Shown here: positions 29,147 through 43,820 of the stretch, piece after piece
Position numbering within the stretch: position 1 is the first letter of the stretch
Layout of the letters: each line of letters opens with the position of its first letter
NCBI RefSeq assembly: GCF_009914755.1
Contig: NC_060925.1
Origin: the human T2T-CHM13v2.0 reference genome, Homo sapiens
DNA length: 64,000 bases
Reading direction: 5' to 3' (one strand)
Program-made: the position numbers and the translations under genes
Notes under the pieces: model-generated
Told to the model about the DNA's origin: nothing
Databases searched by the model: none
Seen by the model: the letters and a program-made list of their open reading frames with translations, nothing else

Positions 29147-31471
29147 CTAGAATATAGCTTATATTCAGTACCAAATTGCCAGTCTCCCTTATCAGCCTAA
29201 TAAGTATTTTAATTTGTAGTTATAAAATGAATTGTATTTTTGTTATTTATATATATGTATAGATTTACAGTGTTCTTATACTGGAAAATAAAATTATCTC
29301 ACTTAAAAGTTAGAAATATGTTGCAAGAGATTATAAATATTTTCTAGAATTGTATAAGTTGTGTGTGCTGGAATTCAAGGCTTTGTTTGATAATAAATAA
29401 CATTATAATGTTTTTTAACTATATTATTTTAGAGAAGGAAAATTTTTTCTAAAATATTAATAAGTGAAATCATTATGTATTCCAGTTAAATAATGTTGAA
29501 ATAAATAACCATTATTTTTTGCCATTATTAGTATGCATAAGATGTAAATTTAAATAAAATAATATTTATGAAAACATTTTGATTTTCTCCATCAAAGACA
29601 GGACTTCATCAAGGAAATTGTTTCTTTCAATGAGAACACACTCTTTTTAAATTTTTGTCTTAGATAAAAAGAGAAAGCTAAAAAAAATATTTAGAAAGTC
29701 TGCAAACCTATGAAAGCCTGGAGTTATCATGTAGCTCTTAATTTAAACCCTTTTGACCTCATATAATATATTTTATCTAATAGATTAACTTTTTTTTGCC
29801 CTGAAATAGCTTCATTTTGTTTTGTTTTGAAATTCTCATTCACTTTTAAACTTTTAAACAATTTTCCAATAGTATTTTAAAAACTAAACAAATGTGTAGA
29901 TATTTCTTCAGTCATCAAAGATGTAATTAGCATTAACAGTATGTAATTACTTCCTATAAATCACATTTGTGAATCAAATTGTGTGAATTTTATAATGGTA
30001 TATGTATTTCAAAATCTTAAATCTATGTTTAGATAATATAGAAAATTACAAAAGTTATATTTCTTGGTTTTAGCCATTATTTTTCATTATGGGAAAATAT
30101 CCATTTAATAAGTGCATTTCTAGAGCAACTTCAAATAATTTAGGAAATGTAAAATGACTTAAAATGCACAATATTTGTAAATATTGTGAATAGCAATTTT
30201 AGTATTGCTAAAACTAATTCAGAGTTAACAAGAGCCTAAAATGATGGTATTTTTCTGGCTTTTTCTCATGTTGGGAATATAAATTTCTGCTTGTTCTGTA
30301 AAATAACACGCTGTTGATTTTTTGGGAAGAAAGATGCTGCTAGTCATCATGTGTCTTTCTTCTTGTAAGTACTTGCATTATGATATTCAGATATGGTAGT
30401 ATTAATATTGTAACAGATAGGAGTAAATAACTCTATTTAACAGATTAGCAAAGAATAAGGAAGACATTTAAACACTGTGACTAAGCCTGGTATCAACCAT
30501 TCTTAGCTGTACATTTATTTCTACCACAGCACTTAGTGTTAAAATTTCTTGTAGCAGCCAAGCATTCCAAATGTTCTCCATTATTTTTCCCCCACTGCAG
30601 TAAAGAGAAAGTATAGAAGATAAATAAGAAACAAGTTTAATCCAGGTTGTTTATGGCATTTGGATCAATAACTTGCACTCAAGATAGAAAAAGCAACTTT
30701 ATAAAGCAGTCTTTCTGACAAGATTGCATGTTGCCCCTGAAAAATATTGTTTCTGATACATTAGGGATGTAATTAATAATAGCTGAAGATTTAGTATTTC
30801 AGAAAACCCCTACAGAATAACAACAAAATTCTACGTCTTATGTGTTTCTAAGAGCGTAGGTGAATTTGAGAATGGCTATCAATAGGTTGTGATTTATCCT
30901 AGTAACTTTGGATAACATTGCAGCTATCTTTATCTAAGGCAGACACTGTTGTCAGCGTTTTTATCGATATAACTAGATAAGGTTTAAAAAGTGTATATGA
31001 TTCCAGTAGTCACAGTAAGAGACTGAGGTAAAAACCAAAAATAAAAATCAGCCAAAAAAGAAAAAAAAAACACCAACTAATGTTGTTAAATAAATAACTT
31101 TTTTTTGATGCTTACAGTTTTCTTTGTTCTGCCTGCTTTAAACAAGTTTGGGAAATGAATGCAATTTTCCATGTCCAATGCCCTAAATCAAAAAGGGTAT
31201 TCTATCAGTCATTTCATATAATGGACTAAATGCAAGTCAATGGTCTCAGGTGTTATTTTTCTCAGAAATATTTGATAGGGTTAACATTTCCTTGAGAAAT
31301 AACTACCTTTTCTCCTGTTAACAAATATTAGCCTAAAATGCAAGAAATTAGAATTTTTATGGACAATCATTATTGACAGTACGGCTGAAACTATACCTAC
31401 AAGGAAGCTACCCCAAAGAGTCATGAGTGGAATACAACAATGACAAAAAAAAAATTCCACAGCATTTTAAA

Positions 31472-33302
31472 ATGTAATTTTAAGGCATACAAGTGAAGTT
31501 TGTTACATGAATATAATGTACCGTGGTGAAGTCTAGGCACTTACTGTAACCACAACCTGAATAGAATGGAACCTTACATTGAATCATTAAGTAATTTCTC
31601 ATACCTTACTTCCTTCCCACTCTTCCAGCCTTCTGAGTATCCAATGTCTACTATTCCACACTCTGTATCCAGGTGTAAACATTATTTAGCTTACAAGTGA
31701 AAACATGTGATATTAGATTTTCTGTTTATGAGTTATTCCACTTAAGACAGCATCTTACGATTTCGTCCATGTTGCTATAAACGACACTATTTCATTTTGT
31801 ATAGCTGAATAATGTTCATATATATATATATATTTCATTATTCAATGATCTGTTAATGGACACTTAGGTTGATGCCATATCTTTGCTATTGTGAATATTG
31901 CTGCAATAAACATACTAGTTCAGTTATCATTTTGATAAAATGATTTCTTTTTCTTTGGTTGATACTCAGTAGTGGAGTTTATGGATCAAATGGGATAGTT
32001 CTATTTTTAGCTGTCTAAGAAGTCTCCATAGTGTTTTCCATAGAGTTTGTACTAATTTACATTCTCACCAACATTGTATACACATTCCCTTTTCTCTGCA
32101 TTCTCACAAATATTTGTTATATTATTGTATACTTAATAATAGCCACTCGTAATGATGTACAACGATATCTTATTGCGGTTTTAATTGTAATTTCTCTGAC
32201 GATTTGTAACATTGAGCATTTCTTTTTGGTCTGTTGGCCATTGTATGTCTTCTTTTGAGAAATGTCTATTCATGTCCTTTGTCTACTTGTTAATGGAGTT
32301 TTTTGTGGTTTGTGGTTGTTGTTTTGTTGTTGAGTTATTTAAGCTTCTTATAAAACCTGAATGTCAGTTCTCTTTTGGGTGCATAGTTTGCAAATATTTT
32401 CTCCCATTCTGTATGTTGTCTCTTCACTCAGTTCATCACTTCTGGAAATAAAATAATCACTGAAGGAATTACAAAATAAAATTGAAAGGTTTAACCATAG
32501 AATAGACCAGGCAGAAGAGACTCTATGACCTTGAAGACAAGTCTTTTGAATTAAGCTAGTCAGAAAAAAATAAAGAGAATAAGAAAAAAGCATTCTAGAA
32601 ATATGAGAATACATAAAGCAACTAAATTTATAAATAATTGATATTTCTTAGGGAGAAGAAAAAGCAAAAATTTAGGAAACATATTTAAGGAAATAATTGA
32701 TGAGAATTTCTTTAGGCAAAAGATTTATGCATCCAGATACAAGAGGCCCATACTTTGCAAGATGATCATCACTATGACATATAATTTTCAGACTATCTAA
32801 AGTCAACATGAAGAAAAAGAATACAAAATCAACAAGAGAAAAGTGCTACTCACCAATAAAGAAAACCACGTGAGACTAACAGCACACTTCTCAGCAGAAA
32901 CCTTATAAGCCAGAATCGACTGGGATATTATTTTCAGGTTGCTTAAAGAGAAAAAAAAAATCAACCACAAATTTTATATTCTGTCATAATAAGCTTCATA
33001 AGTAAAGAAGAAATAAAGTCTTTTCCACACAAGCAAACATTGAGAGGGTTCTTCACCACTAGATAGTTTCTACCAGAAATTCTCAAAGGAGATCTAAACA
33101 TAAAAATGAAAGATCAATAGTTGTCATCATAAAAACATGATAGTACAAAGTTCACAGGTCTTAAAACAATTTCATAAAAGATGAAGATAATTATAATGTC
33201 AACATGACAGAACTCCGCCAAACTATGCAGATAAACAGAAAAATTTAAAAAAATACATGAAATAATTAATGTAATGACAGGAACAAGACTTCCCATATCA
33301 AG
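31472..33302 (-). mobile_element. L1PB4-like insertion with 5' inversion and a large internal gap (minus arm 31472-32437; plus arm 32440-33302 runs from ORF1 to the ORF2 start)
   Basis: L1PB 3' UTR motif 'acaagtgaagtttgttacatgaatata..gtggtgaagtct'; plus arm carries ORF1 motifs and ends at 'atgacaggaacaagacttcccatatcaa'; 18-bp degenerate TSD attccacagcattttaaa / attgcatagcatcttaaa. Confidence 0.85.
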
Positions 33303-33819
33303 ATTGCATAGCATCTTAAAGGGAAAACAACTAACTCGTTGACTAAGTTACCTTGAATAATTGGGATGTGAATCTAAAGTACTTTCTGTACTTTCAAAGT
33401 TATGTTGCATAGTCCTTCTTTCCTGTCCACAATGACATTTCAAGGAGAGCTTATCACCTTTGAGTTGATTTCCATTTCTAAAAATTTAGTTGGGCAAAGA
33501 TTGAATTTTAAACTCAGTTCAAAATATTTTTCTCTCCATTAAATGGCTCAAAACCTTAGAATCGGGAGGAATCAGTTCCAGTTCTTTCACAGCCCCTCCT
33601 TCTTCAGGACAAAACTCTTCGGTAGTTAAGTGACAGCAGAATAGAGCAAGGTTTTGGTATTTTTTGTTTTTTTGTTTGTTTGTTTTGTTTTATTTTTAAT
33701 AATCCCATTAACAGAGATTCTTATCAAAAGTGTTATCTATTAACACCAATTTTATATTTTTTATTTCCATAAATAAATCCATTCTATTAGACTACTCTCT
33801 TAACACTTTCTCATTAATG

Positions 33820-34270
33820 TATCTAAAATGAAGTTGCTTTACTGGCCAATATCTCATCTATACCTTCCATATTCTATTTCCACATAAGTAATGGCCCCAT
33901 CATCCACCCAGTTGATCAAGCTAGACATCTCAGAATCTTCTTTGATTACTTCTTCACCATTAACATCCATCTAATCTAATGTTTTATTGGTTCCTTCACT
34001 TTTATATAAAAATGTATTTAACTCATTCTTGCATATCCTCATTCTCACTGTCAAAATTCTACCCTAAACCAACATTAAATATTATCTTATTTAACTATAG
34101 TAGTAGAATCCTATGCCTTCCAACCTCTCTTTTCTAACTGAAAAAAAAAGTGTTTTTTGTAAAAAGTGATACACACACACACACACATCATGATGTCACT
34201 TCTATGTTTAAACTATTTCAATCACATCCCATTTACTCAGCATAAAAAATCTCTGTCTTGTCTACCTGGA
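33820..34270 (+). mobile_element. L2 fragment
   Basis: 'gtaatggccccatcatccacccagttgatcaagctagacatctcagaatcttctttgattacttc'. Confidence 0.65.
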
Positions 34271-34999
34271 TCAGGACTTGGCCTTTATTTTTTTCTTTCC
34301 TTTTAAAATTCTCTTATAATTTAAATAGTTAGAACTATGTATCAGGGCAAGATGTTTGTTTTTATATGCCTTGCTTTTTTATCTTCTGCATTTTATCTTA
34401 ATTGTGAAAGTTGCAATGTTGGTATCCAATCAAAGTGTTTAGTTAGAGTTACCAAGTATTATTCTGTATTCCAGATTGAGATTGTCTTCATTCATTTAAA
34501 ATTTTTTATCTTAAATTTTGTATTTATTTGTCATTTTTAAATCTTCTTTACCCAATGGCTGGTGACTTTCACAATAAAAGTAGCAATGTGTGTTAAAGTC
34601 ATGTATACATTAGTTATGAGTAACTAGGGATGATCTTCCATATTAGTTATTAAGGTATAACACATAAACCACCATATATGTGTGTGTGTGTGTGTGCATG
34701 ATATGTGTTTATGTATGTGTATATATGTATACATATTTGTGTTTGTGTGTGTATGTACAACGTGATCAATGTGGTTCCACAACTAATTGAGAAAAGTGTT
34801 CAGAATACGCAGGTGAAAAAAATGTATCTCTCCATTAAATTATTAAGTTGCTATCTTAAACTAGTAGGACAAAATGCAGAAAAAATGTTCTTGTAGCTTA
34901 GGAAGGGGATAATACCTTTGAAGCAATGCTGAAAGAATCAGTGCAACAAACATTAATTAGTATAATTACATCAAAGTAAGGGTTTAAATGAAGAACAAA

Positions 35000-35700
35000 A
35001 TAGACAAAGTTTTTAGCCAGAAAAATATATTAGGAAATGATACTGGAGTATCTAAAATCATCAAGATAATAATTTTGAAAAGTCAATAACAAAATAATTT
35101 TATATTTTAATCTAATCTGACAAATTATAAAGCTGAATATTCATGTACTGGTAAGATTATAAGGAGAAATGACAATTGTGGTATTATTGGTCTTTTTAAA
35201 TTTCATTAGGTGTAACTATATTTTTTAAAAGTCTAGAAATGTCCAATGTTACAGTTACACACAACAATGAATACATTATTATGATGGAAAATTAAGCATT
35301 CACATAATCTGTAATTTTATACCTGAGTAGGAATATGCATCCAAAAATACCTTAACATTCTTTTGGTGCTAGGTGTTAATACAAAGATATTGATATCAAT
35401 GTTATTGACTATATCAAAAAGTCATCAGTTATCTGTATTTCCATCACTATAGGAGTTAAGTAGAATATACATGCAGAATGATGCAGCAGCAAGAACTAAC
35501 ATTTTATGATAAAGGAATATGGTTAGGTGTAAGTATAGATTAAAAAAACTAAATTATACATCTACTGATGAATAGATAAAAAATCTTCTTTGTTCACACA
35601 GTAGAACACTACACAAAAATAAAATAGAATAAGTGCTGATACACATCACAATGAAAGCCTATGATAAGTGAAAAATCCAGACACATATGACTCCCATTTT
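35000..35700 (+). mobile_element. Degraded L1ME-like 3' fragments
   Basis: 'catctactgatgaatagataaaaaa..cacacagtagaacactacac..gtgctgatacacatcacaatg'. Confidence 0.45.
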
Positions 35701-36924
35701 ACAATTTCGTGGGCTATATTGAAATGATATGGAATTGTGGGTGACAAAAGAGAAGTGCATGATAATCTGACCACTCCTGAGAGAGCTGATCATTCTTGCT
35801 TGCTATAAGATCTTATCTCTGGGGAGGCTAGGAAGAAGTAAAGTATTTGTGATTTGTCTCTGATGTTTTCTTAATAGTACTCACTGACAATTTCTATATT
35901 TCAAGTAAAACGTTATTGCACAATTGCTGATGCAAACATAAATATCTGCAGAGTTGCAGCATTTTGGCTCATTTTGGTTTTAGGAAATGAGATATAATTT
36001 ATTCTCAATCTGGTACATTTTGGGTGCCTTCCATCTATTTCCAGAAGATAAGATATGCACAGTGAATGTGTACTGGTATCAATTACTGTCTTAAATAAAT
36101 TAGAGAACGTGATATCACCTCTTTGTACCTGCCCCAAAAAACTGTTCATTTTAGCTCTACAAAATTTTGAGGGTGGGGGGTGATAGAGAAAACGTAATGT
36201 GAGATACAGGTTATGTATTGGCTTATTTGTTCAGGATTCTGTTAGTTTTATCTCGGTAGTTAAGTACCAACTTCATCTAATTGAGCCAACTTATAAGGAA
36301 AGCTGTTCTTCATATACAGATGTATAAATGCCACACTTCTGAGCAAGCTGTATTGAGGAGAGTGGTTGAACATATTCTGGATTGTAAAGCATGTTTACTT
36401 AAAAGAAATCCTTACAATTACCTGTGTTATTTATACTTATTTATATAAGTTGCTTAACTGTTATACACCATTGTACCTTTCAATTTAATGCACATCTTTG
36501 GAGAAAATAGACATGATATATAGAATACATCCATTCAAATTTAAATTAATATTAATGAAATTAATAATATTTTTCAAAATGAAGGTGTTCATGTATATGT
36601 CAGAGCATTTTTTTTGCTAGAGTACATAATTTTATAGTCACATTTTATCATTCTGAACATAAACATGATTAAATCTATAACTTAATAAAGATTGGTTTAA
36701 TATAGTGCACTTCTAGAGCTTCAAAAATGGTGTGCTCTGACTTTGCTTTTGCTTGATATTTTACAAATTTATTATTATCAATCTTTGGAAATTTCTGACC
36801 CTATGATAACATTCATTATTTCTACAAAATTCTTTGTAAATTTGCTTTTTCTTTCAGGAATTTGATGTAGTGAAATTTGCTATTTCAATGATCTGTTCCT
36901 TCCAGAAGAAAAAAGGTTACTTAA

Positions 36925-37210
36925 AATTAATACCTAATATCAAATGAAGACCAGAACATTACAAGAAAATAAAACTGCAAAGCCATATCCTTCATGAAAA
37001 TTGATGTGAAAATCTTTGACAAAATATTGGTAAATTGAAGACAACAATATACACAGAAAGCCTCATCACTAAGTAGATTTATCTCAAAAAATAAATGGTT
37101 CATTTGTCATTTAAAAAGAAAATAAAGTCATTATCTCAACAGATACAGAAAAACAATTTGAAAAAGTTTAACATCCATCTATGTTGCATGAAAAACTTAA
37201 AGCTAACATC
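36925..37210 (+). mobile_element. Ancient L1M ORF2 (RT region) fragment
   Basis: 'acattacaagaaaataaaactgcaaagccatatccttcatgaaaattgatgtgaaaatc..tcattatctcaacagatacagaaaaac'. Confidence 0.75.
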
Positions 37211-37581
37211 TCTGTTTTATTATGTACAGTAACTTTATTTACTTTCTAATGATCTCAACTTCAAGATTCAGGGGGTACATGTACACATTTGTTATATGAT
37301 TATATTGAGGGATGCTGAGGTTTGGAGTGTGGTTCGTCACTCAGGGAGTGAACACGGTACCCAATAGGTAGTTTTTCAACCCAGGCCTTACTTCCTCACT
37401 ACCACCTCTAGTAGTCCACAGGACCTATTGTTCCCATGTTTACGTCCCTGAGTACTCAGTGTTTTACTCCCAGTTATAACTGAGAACATGTTGTGTTTGG
37501 TGTTGTCTTCCTGCATTACTTCACTTAGGATTTATGGCCTCCAGCTCCATCCATGTTGTTGCAAAGAACATGATTCCTCCT

Positions 37582-37617
<36 letters not shown>

Positions 37618-37881
37618 AGGTGGAGTCTCGCTCTGTCTGGAGTACAGTGGCGCGATCTTGGCTCAGTGCAAGCTCCGCCTCCCGGGGGTCACGCCATTGG
37701 CCTGCCTCAGCCTCCCAAGTAGCTGGGACTACAGGCACCCACCTCCACGCCTGGCTAATTTTTTGTAGGGACGGGGTTTCACCGTATTAGCCAGGATGGT
37801 CTCGATTTCCTGACCTCGTGATCCGCCCGCCTCGGCCTCCCAAAGTGCTGGGATTACAGGCGTGAGCCACCGCGCCAGGCC
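37582..37881 (-). mobile_element. AluY
   Basis: Long poly-T, AluY diagnostics, TSD catgattcc (37569-37577 and 37882-37890). Confidence 0.94.
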
Positions 37882-40800
37882 CATGATTCCATTTTTTAAT
37901 AACTGCATAGTATTCCATGATATAAATGTACAACATTTTCTTCATCCAACCCACTATTGAGGGGCACATATGTTGACTTCATGTCTTTGCTATTGTGAAT
38001 AGCATTGCCATGAACATACCAGTGCATGTGTCTTTTTGATAGAATAACTTATTTTATTTTGGGTATATACTCAGTAATAGGATTTCTGGGTTGAATAGTG
38101 TCTCTGTTTTAAGTTCTTAGAGAAATTGCAAAACTGATTTCCACTGTAGCTGAACTAATTTACATTTCTTTCAATAGTATATATAAGTGTTCCTTTTTTC
38201 TACAGCCTCACCAGCATCTGTTATTTTATGGTTTTTAATAGTAACCATTCTGACTAGTGTGAGATGGTATCTTGTGGATTTTACTTGCATTTCTCTGATG
38301 ATTAATGATGCAGAGTATTTTTTCATGTTTAGTACCTGCTTGTACGTCTTCTTTTTAGAAGCATCTGTTCATGTCCTTTGCCCATTTTTTAATTTGGTTA
38401 TTTGGTTTTTGCTTGTTGATTTCTTTAAGTCCCTTATAGATTATGGATATTAGAATTGTGTCAGATGCATATTTTACAGAATTTTTCCCCAATTCTCTAG
38501 GTTGTCTGTTTACTGTACTGATAATTCCCTTTGCTTTGCAGAAGCTCTTTAGTTTAATTAGGTCTTCCTTGTCCATTTTTGTTTTTGTTGCAATTGCTTC
38601 TGGGGACTTAGCAAAAAATTATTTGCTAAGGTCCATGTCCACAATGATGTGTTCTAGGTTTTCTTCTAGGATTTTTTATAGTTTGAGATCTTATATTTAC
38701 ATAAGATTACTTAATCCATGTTGATTTAATTTTTGTACATGGTGAAAGGTAGGTATTTAGTTTCATTATTCTGCACGTGGCTACTCAGTTATCCACACAT
38801 CATTTATTGAATAGCAAGTTTCTCCCCCTTTAATTGGTTTTGTTGGCTTTGTCAAAGATTCTATGGTTGTAGGTGTACAGCGTTATTTCTGGGTTTCCCA
38901 TTGTGTTCCATTGGTCCATGTATCTGTTTTTGTACCAGTATGATGGTGTTTTTGTTTACTATATCCTTTCAGTACACTTTGAGGTCAGATAATGTGATGC
39001 CTCTGGCTTTGTTCTTATTGCTTAGTATGAATTTGACTATCCTGACTCTTTTTCAACTTCATATTTTAAAATAGTTTGTTGTAATTCTGTGAAAAATAAT
39101 CTTGGTAGTTTGACAGAAATAGCGTTGGTTGCTTTGGGCAATATGGCCATTTTAGCAATATTGATTCTTCTATTCCATGAGCATGGACTGTTTTTCAGTT
39201 GATTGACATCGTCTCTGATTTCTTTCAGCAATGCTCTGTAGTTCCTATAGAGATCTTTCCCTTTCACTTCCTTGTTTAGATATAGTCTTAGGCCCTATGT
39301 ATTTCAGGGTTTTTTTTTCCATGTTAAATAAAATTGTGTTCCTGATATGACTCTCAGCTTGAATGTCGTTGCATAGAAATGCTACTAATTTTGTATATTA
39401 ACTTTGTATCCTGAAACTTTACCAAAGCCATTTACCAGTTCCAGGAGCATTTTAGTGGAGTCTTAGGGTTTTTTGGGTATAAAATCATATAATCAGGTAA
39501 AGAGTTTAATTTCATCTTTTCCTAATGGATGTCTTTTATTTTTTTCTTTTGTCTGATTGCTCTGGCTAGGATGTCCAATAGCATGTTCAATAGAAGTGGT
39601 GAGAGTAGGCATTCTTGTCTAGTTCCATTTCAGACAAGAAATGGTTCCAGCTTTTGCCTGTTCAGTATGATGTTGGCTACGTGTTTGTAATAGATGGCTA
39701 CCATTGTATTGAAGTATGTTATTTTAGTGTGTAGTCTGTTGAGGGCTTTTATCATGAATGGATGTTAAATTTTATCAAAAGCATTTTCTGAGTCTATTGA
39801 GATGATCACATGATTTTTATTTAAGTCTGTTTATGTGGTGAATCACTTTTACTGATTTGCATATGTAAAGCCAGCCTTCATTCCCAGGAGCAAAGCCTAC
39901 TTGATCATGGCATATTAACTTTTGGATGTGCCGCTGATTCAGTTTGCTAGTAACTTGTTGAGAAAATCTGTGTATATGTTCATCAGGAATATTGGCCCTA
40001 AGTTTTGTTTTGTTTTTTTCATTGTGCCTGTGCCAGATTTTTGCATCAGGCTGTTGCTGAGTTTATAAATGAGCCAGGTAGGGCCTCTCTGCTATAATTT
40101 TTTGAGAATAGTTTAAGTAGGATTGGTACCAGGTTTTCTTTGTATGTCTAATAGAATTGGCTATAAATTCATTCGGTTCAAGACTTTCTTTGGTTGGCAG
40201 TTTTGTATTACTGACTCAATTTCAAAAGTTGTTCTTGGTCTGTTGACTTTTTCACTTTCTTCCTGGTTTAGTCATAGGAAGTTTTGTGTTTTTCCAGGAA
40301 TTTATCCATTTTTTCTAGACTTTCCAATTTGTGTACATAGAGTTGTTCAAAATAATCTCTGAGTATCTTCTGCATTTCTATGGGATTGAGTGTAATGTCA
40401 TTGTTGTTCTTTTGATTGTGTTTAATAGGATCTTCTCTCCTTTTTTCCTTTGATAATTTAGCCAGCAGTCTATCAATTTTGTTTATTCTTTTGAAAAACC
40501 AATGTTTTGTTTCATTTTTCTTTTGTATGGATTTTTACATCCCAATTTTGTTCAGCTTTTCTGTAATTTTAGTTATTTATTTTCTTTTTTCGGGGGGAGC
40601 TTTTTAAAATTTTGTTCTAGTTTCTTTGACTATATAGTTCTATTGTTAATTTGAGATCTTCCTAACTTCTTGATGAAGGTGTTTAGCACTACCAAGTTTC
40701 CTCCTACCACTGATATTGTTGCATCCCAGAGACTTTAGTAAGTTGTGTCCCTATTAAATATTTTTTTTCTTATTTTCTTCTGAATTTCATTGTTGATCCA

Positions 40801-41486
40801 GGGGTTATTCAAGAGCAAGTTGTTTAATTTCCATGTATTATTTAGTTTTGAGAGATATTTTTGAGATTCATTTCTGTTTTTACTCAACTATGATCTGAGA
40901 GTATGCTTGGTATATTTTCTATTTATTTTTAATTTATTGAGACTTTATGACCAAGCATGTGGTCTATATTAGAATACATTCCCTGTGCAGATGAGAAGAA
41001 TGTATATTCTGTAATATTTGGGTGGAATATTCTGCAGATGTGTATTACATCCAATTGTTTGAGTGTTGAGTTTAATTCCTGAATTTCTTTGTTAGTTTTC
41101 TTCCTCAATAATCTGTCTAACCCTGTCAGTAGGGTGCCGAAGTCTCCCATTTTTATTGTGTGTCTGTCTAAATATTTTCATAGTTCAAGTGCATTTCTTT
41201 TACTGGTGTGTGTCTCAGTGTTAAGTGCATATATATTTAGGATAGTTAAGTGTTCTTGGTGAATTGTACCCTTTATCATTATGTAAAGCCCTTCTTTGTC
41301 CTTAATTGTTTTTTTCATGTAAAGTCTGTTTTATCTGATACAAGAATAATGACTCCTGCTCTTTTTTCTTTTCAGTTTGCATGATAGATCTTTCTCCATC
41401 ACTTTACTTTGAGTTTATGTGTGTTATTAAATGTGGGATGTGTCTCTTGAAGAAAGCAGATGGTTTGACTTGTCTTTTTATCCAGC

Positions 41487-41797
41487 TTTTTTTTTTTTTT
41501 GCTTTTTTTTTTTTTGAGATGGGGTTTTGCTCTTGTCTCCCAGGCTGGAGTGCAATGGCGTGATCTCTCCTCGCTGCAACCTCAGCCTCCGGGTTCAATC
41601 GATTCTCCTGACTCAGCCTCTTGAGTAGCTGGGATTACAAGTGCGTGCCACCATGTCTGGGTAATTTTTGTATTTTTAGTAGAGATGGGGTTTTACCAGG
41701 TTGGCCAGGCTAGTCTCGAACTACTGACCTCAAGTGACCCACTCGCCTCGGCCTCCCAGAGTGCTGGGATTACAGGTGTGAGCCACCGCAGCTGGCC
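41487..41797 (-). mobile_element. AluSq/Sp-like
   Basis: 'ttttgctcttgt..gagtgcaatggcg'; 16-bp TSD cttttta(t/c)ccagcttt. Confidence 0.93.
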
Positions 41798-42024
41798 CTT
41801 TTTACCCAGCTTTCTACTCTATGTCTTTTAGGTAAAGTGTTAGACTATTTACATTCAGAGTTAGTCATTATTTTGATTTTTTGTTATCGTGTTGTTAACT
41901 TGTTGTTTTGTAAACTTGATTGGGTAGTTGCTTTATAGTGTCTGTGATCTGTGTTCTTAAGTGGAATTTTGTGGTAGGAGGTGTTATTCTTTTGTTTCCA
42001 TGTTTACCATTCCCTTAAGATTTT

Positions 42025-42260
<236 letters not shown>

Positions 42261-43059
42261 CCTGAATACATTATTCAGTTGGATGTGGTGATTACCTTTT
42301 AACAAAGCATGTAAATGTTGCATGTTTTATGGCCAAACTATAAATTGTTACAGTTATTTTAGTGGATCAGTTTAATGATGTTAAAAATAAGTCCATCATA
42401 TTGTATCTCACTGCGAGGGAAAACAATTCCTGAAGTAGAATTTTCATGCTTTATAGCTCCTTCTATCTCTATATTATTGGCAAGTTTTGAGTTGATCCTC
42501 TTACAAAGTCAATATTCTGTCTAAAATCTGTAATCTGAATAAAACTTAGTTGATAATGTTACTGAATGCCATAGTAAACTCCACCTGCAATAATTAATAA
42601 AAACATACTGTTTGAAGTAACATGCAAAAGTTTCTGAACATGTAGTATGTTTTACTTTTTCTACCTTGAATAAAATACATTAATTGAACATCAAATCAGC
42701 ATAATTTATAGAAAAAAATCAACCAACATGAATAGTGAATCAAATAAATAGATTACCCCAATAGGAAATATGATTTGTTTTATTTTTAAAAATAAATTTG
42801 TTTTTTCTTGTATCAGTCACATTCATGCTTCATAGATATTCCTGGTTCATGAAATAATTACTCAATTCACCTTTAATGGATGAGATAATCTGAATGTATA
42901 CTTGTTGTTATTGCTCATGCATATTGTAGCTTGACTGAACCTCGTTCATATAAAATAATGTATGATTAAAAGATAAAATGACACCTTTGTCCAATAAAAT
43001 AATATAGAAAGTAGAAATGTGATTTTTAAAAAACATTATTTCAGAAAGAAAAAAAATTG

Positions 43060-43820
43060 CGACAAGTAGTGAAATATTATGTCAGGAAGATAAGGGGAGA
43101 TGTCAGTCATGGAAAGTCTTGTATGTCATATTAAAGTCTTTGATTGCGTAAACTAGAATGACATTGGAATGTTATACCTATAGAAGTGAGAAGGTAAGAC
43201 TTAACATCATCGCAAGACCATTCTGGATGCTGTGTAGTAACAATAAGAAGTAGAAGAATAAAAAGCAGAAAGACAATTGGCTGGCTTTTGCTGAAATTCA
43301 AGGAGATGATAATGGCATGGGAAATAATAATGGCCATAAAATACAGTATCACAAAAATTTTTTGCCAAGGCCTACATTCTGAGCATATGGCAGAATAGAG
43401 CTATCATTAACTATAATTACAAAGCCTGTATGAGAAATTATATTATTGTTTATATTTTGGTTTGGTTGTTTCATTTTTGGCAATGGCAAAACAAGCATAT
43501 TTGGATCTCATACTTGAACATGTACCTTGGAGTTGCCTTTTAAAAATTCAAGTAGATTTGCCTAGTACATAGTTAGATAAATGAGACTGGATTCAGGCAA
43601 AGTCTCAAGGCTGAATATAGATTTTCAGAATCATGAAAATAAGATGGAATTATATTTCTAGTCATGTAACTGAATGAAATCACCTAAGGTATCAGTGTAG
43701 ATTAACAAGTTGTTCAAGGAATAAACTCTGAAACACTTCAACATGAGAACATGAAAGATAAAATGAGACTATGAAGAAAAGACCAAAAAGTTTAAGGAAA
43801 AACAAGTGAATTTGTTGTCC
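43060..43820 (-). mobile_element. L2 fragment
   Basis: Antisense L2 motifs 'agaccattctggatgctgtgtag', 'gttagataaatgagactggattcagg..gctgaatatagattt'. Confidence 0.7.

Larger units (their letters stand above)
37235..42020 (-). mobile_element. L1PA16-like element: 3' UTR, all of a disrupted ORF2 and the ORF1 end; carries two Alus
   Basis: Several minus-strand ORF2p fragments (38355-38576, 39037-39267, and 40929-41150 with GDFGTLL..YTFFSSAQGMYSNIDHMLGHK from the endonuclease). Confidence 0.92.
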
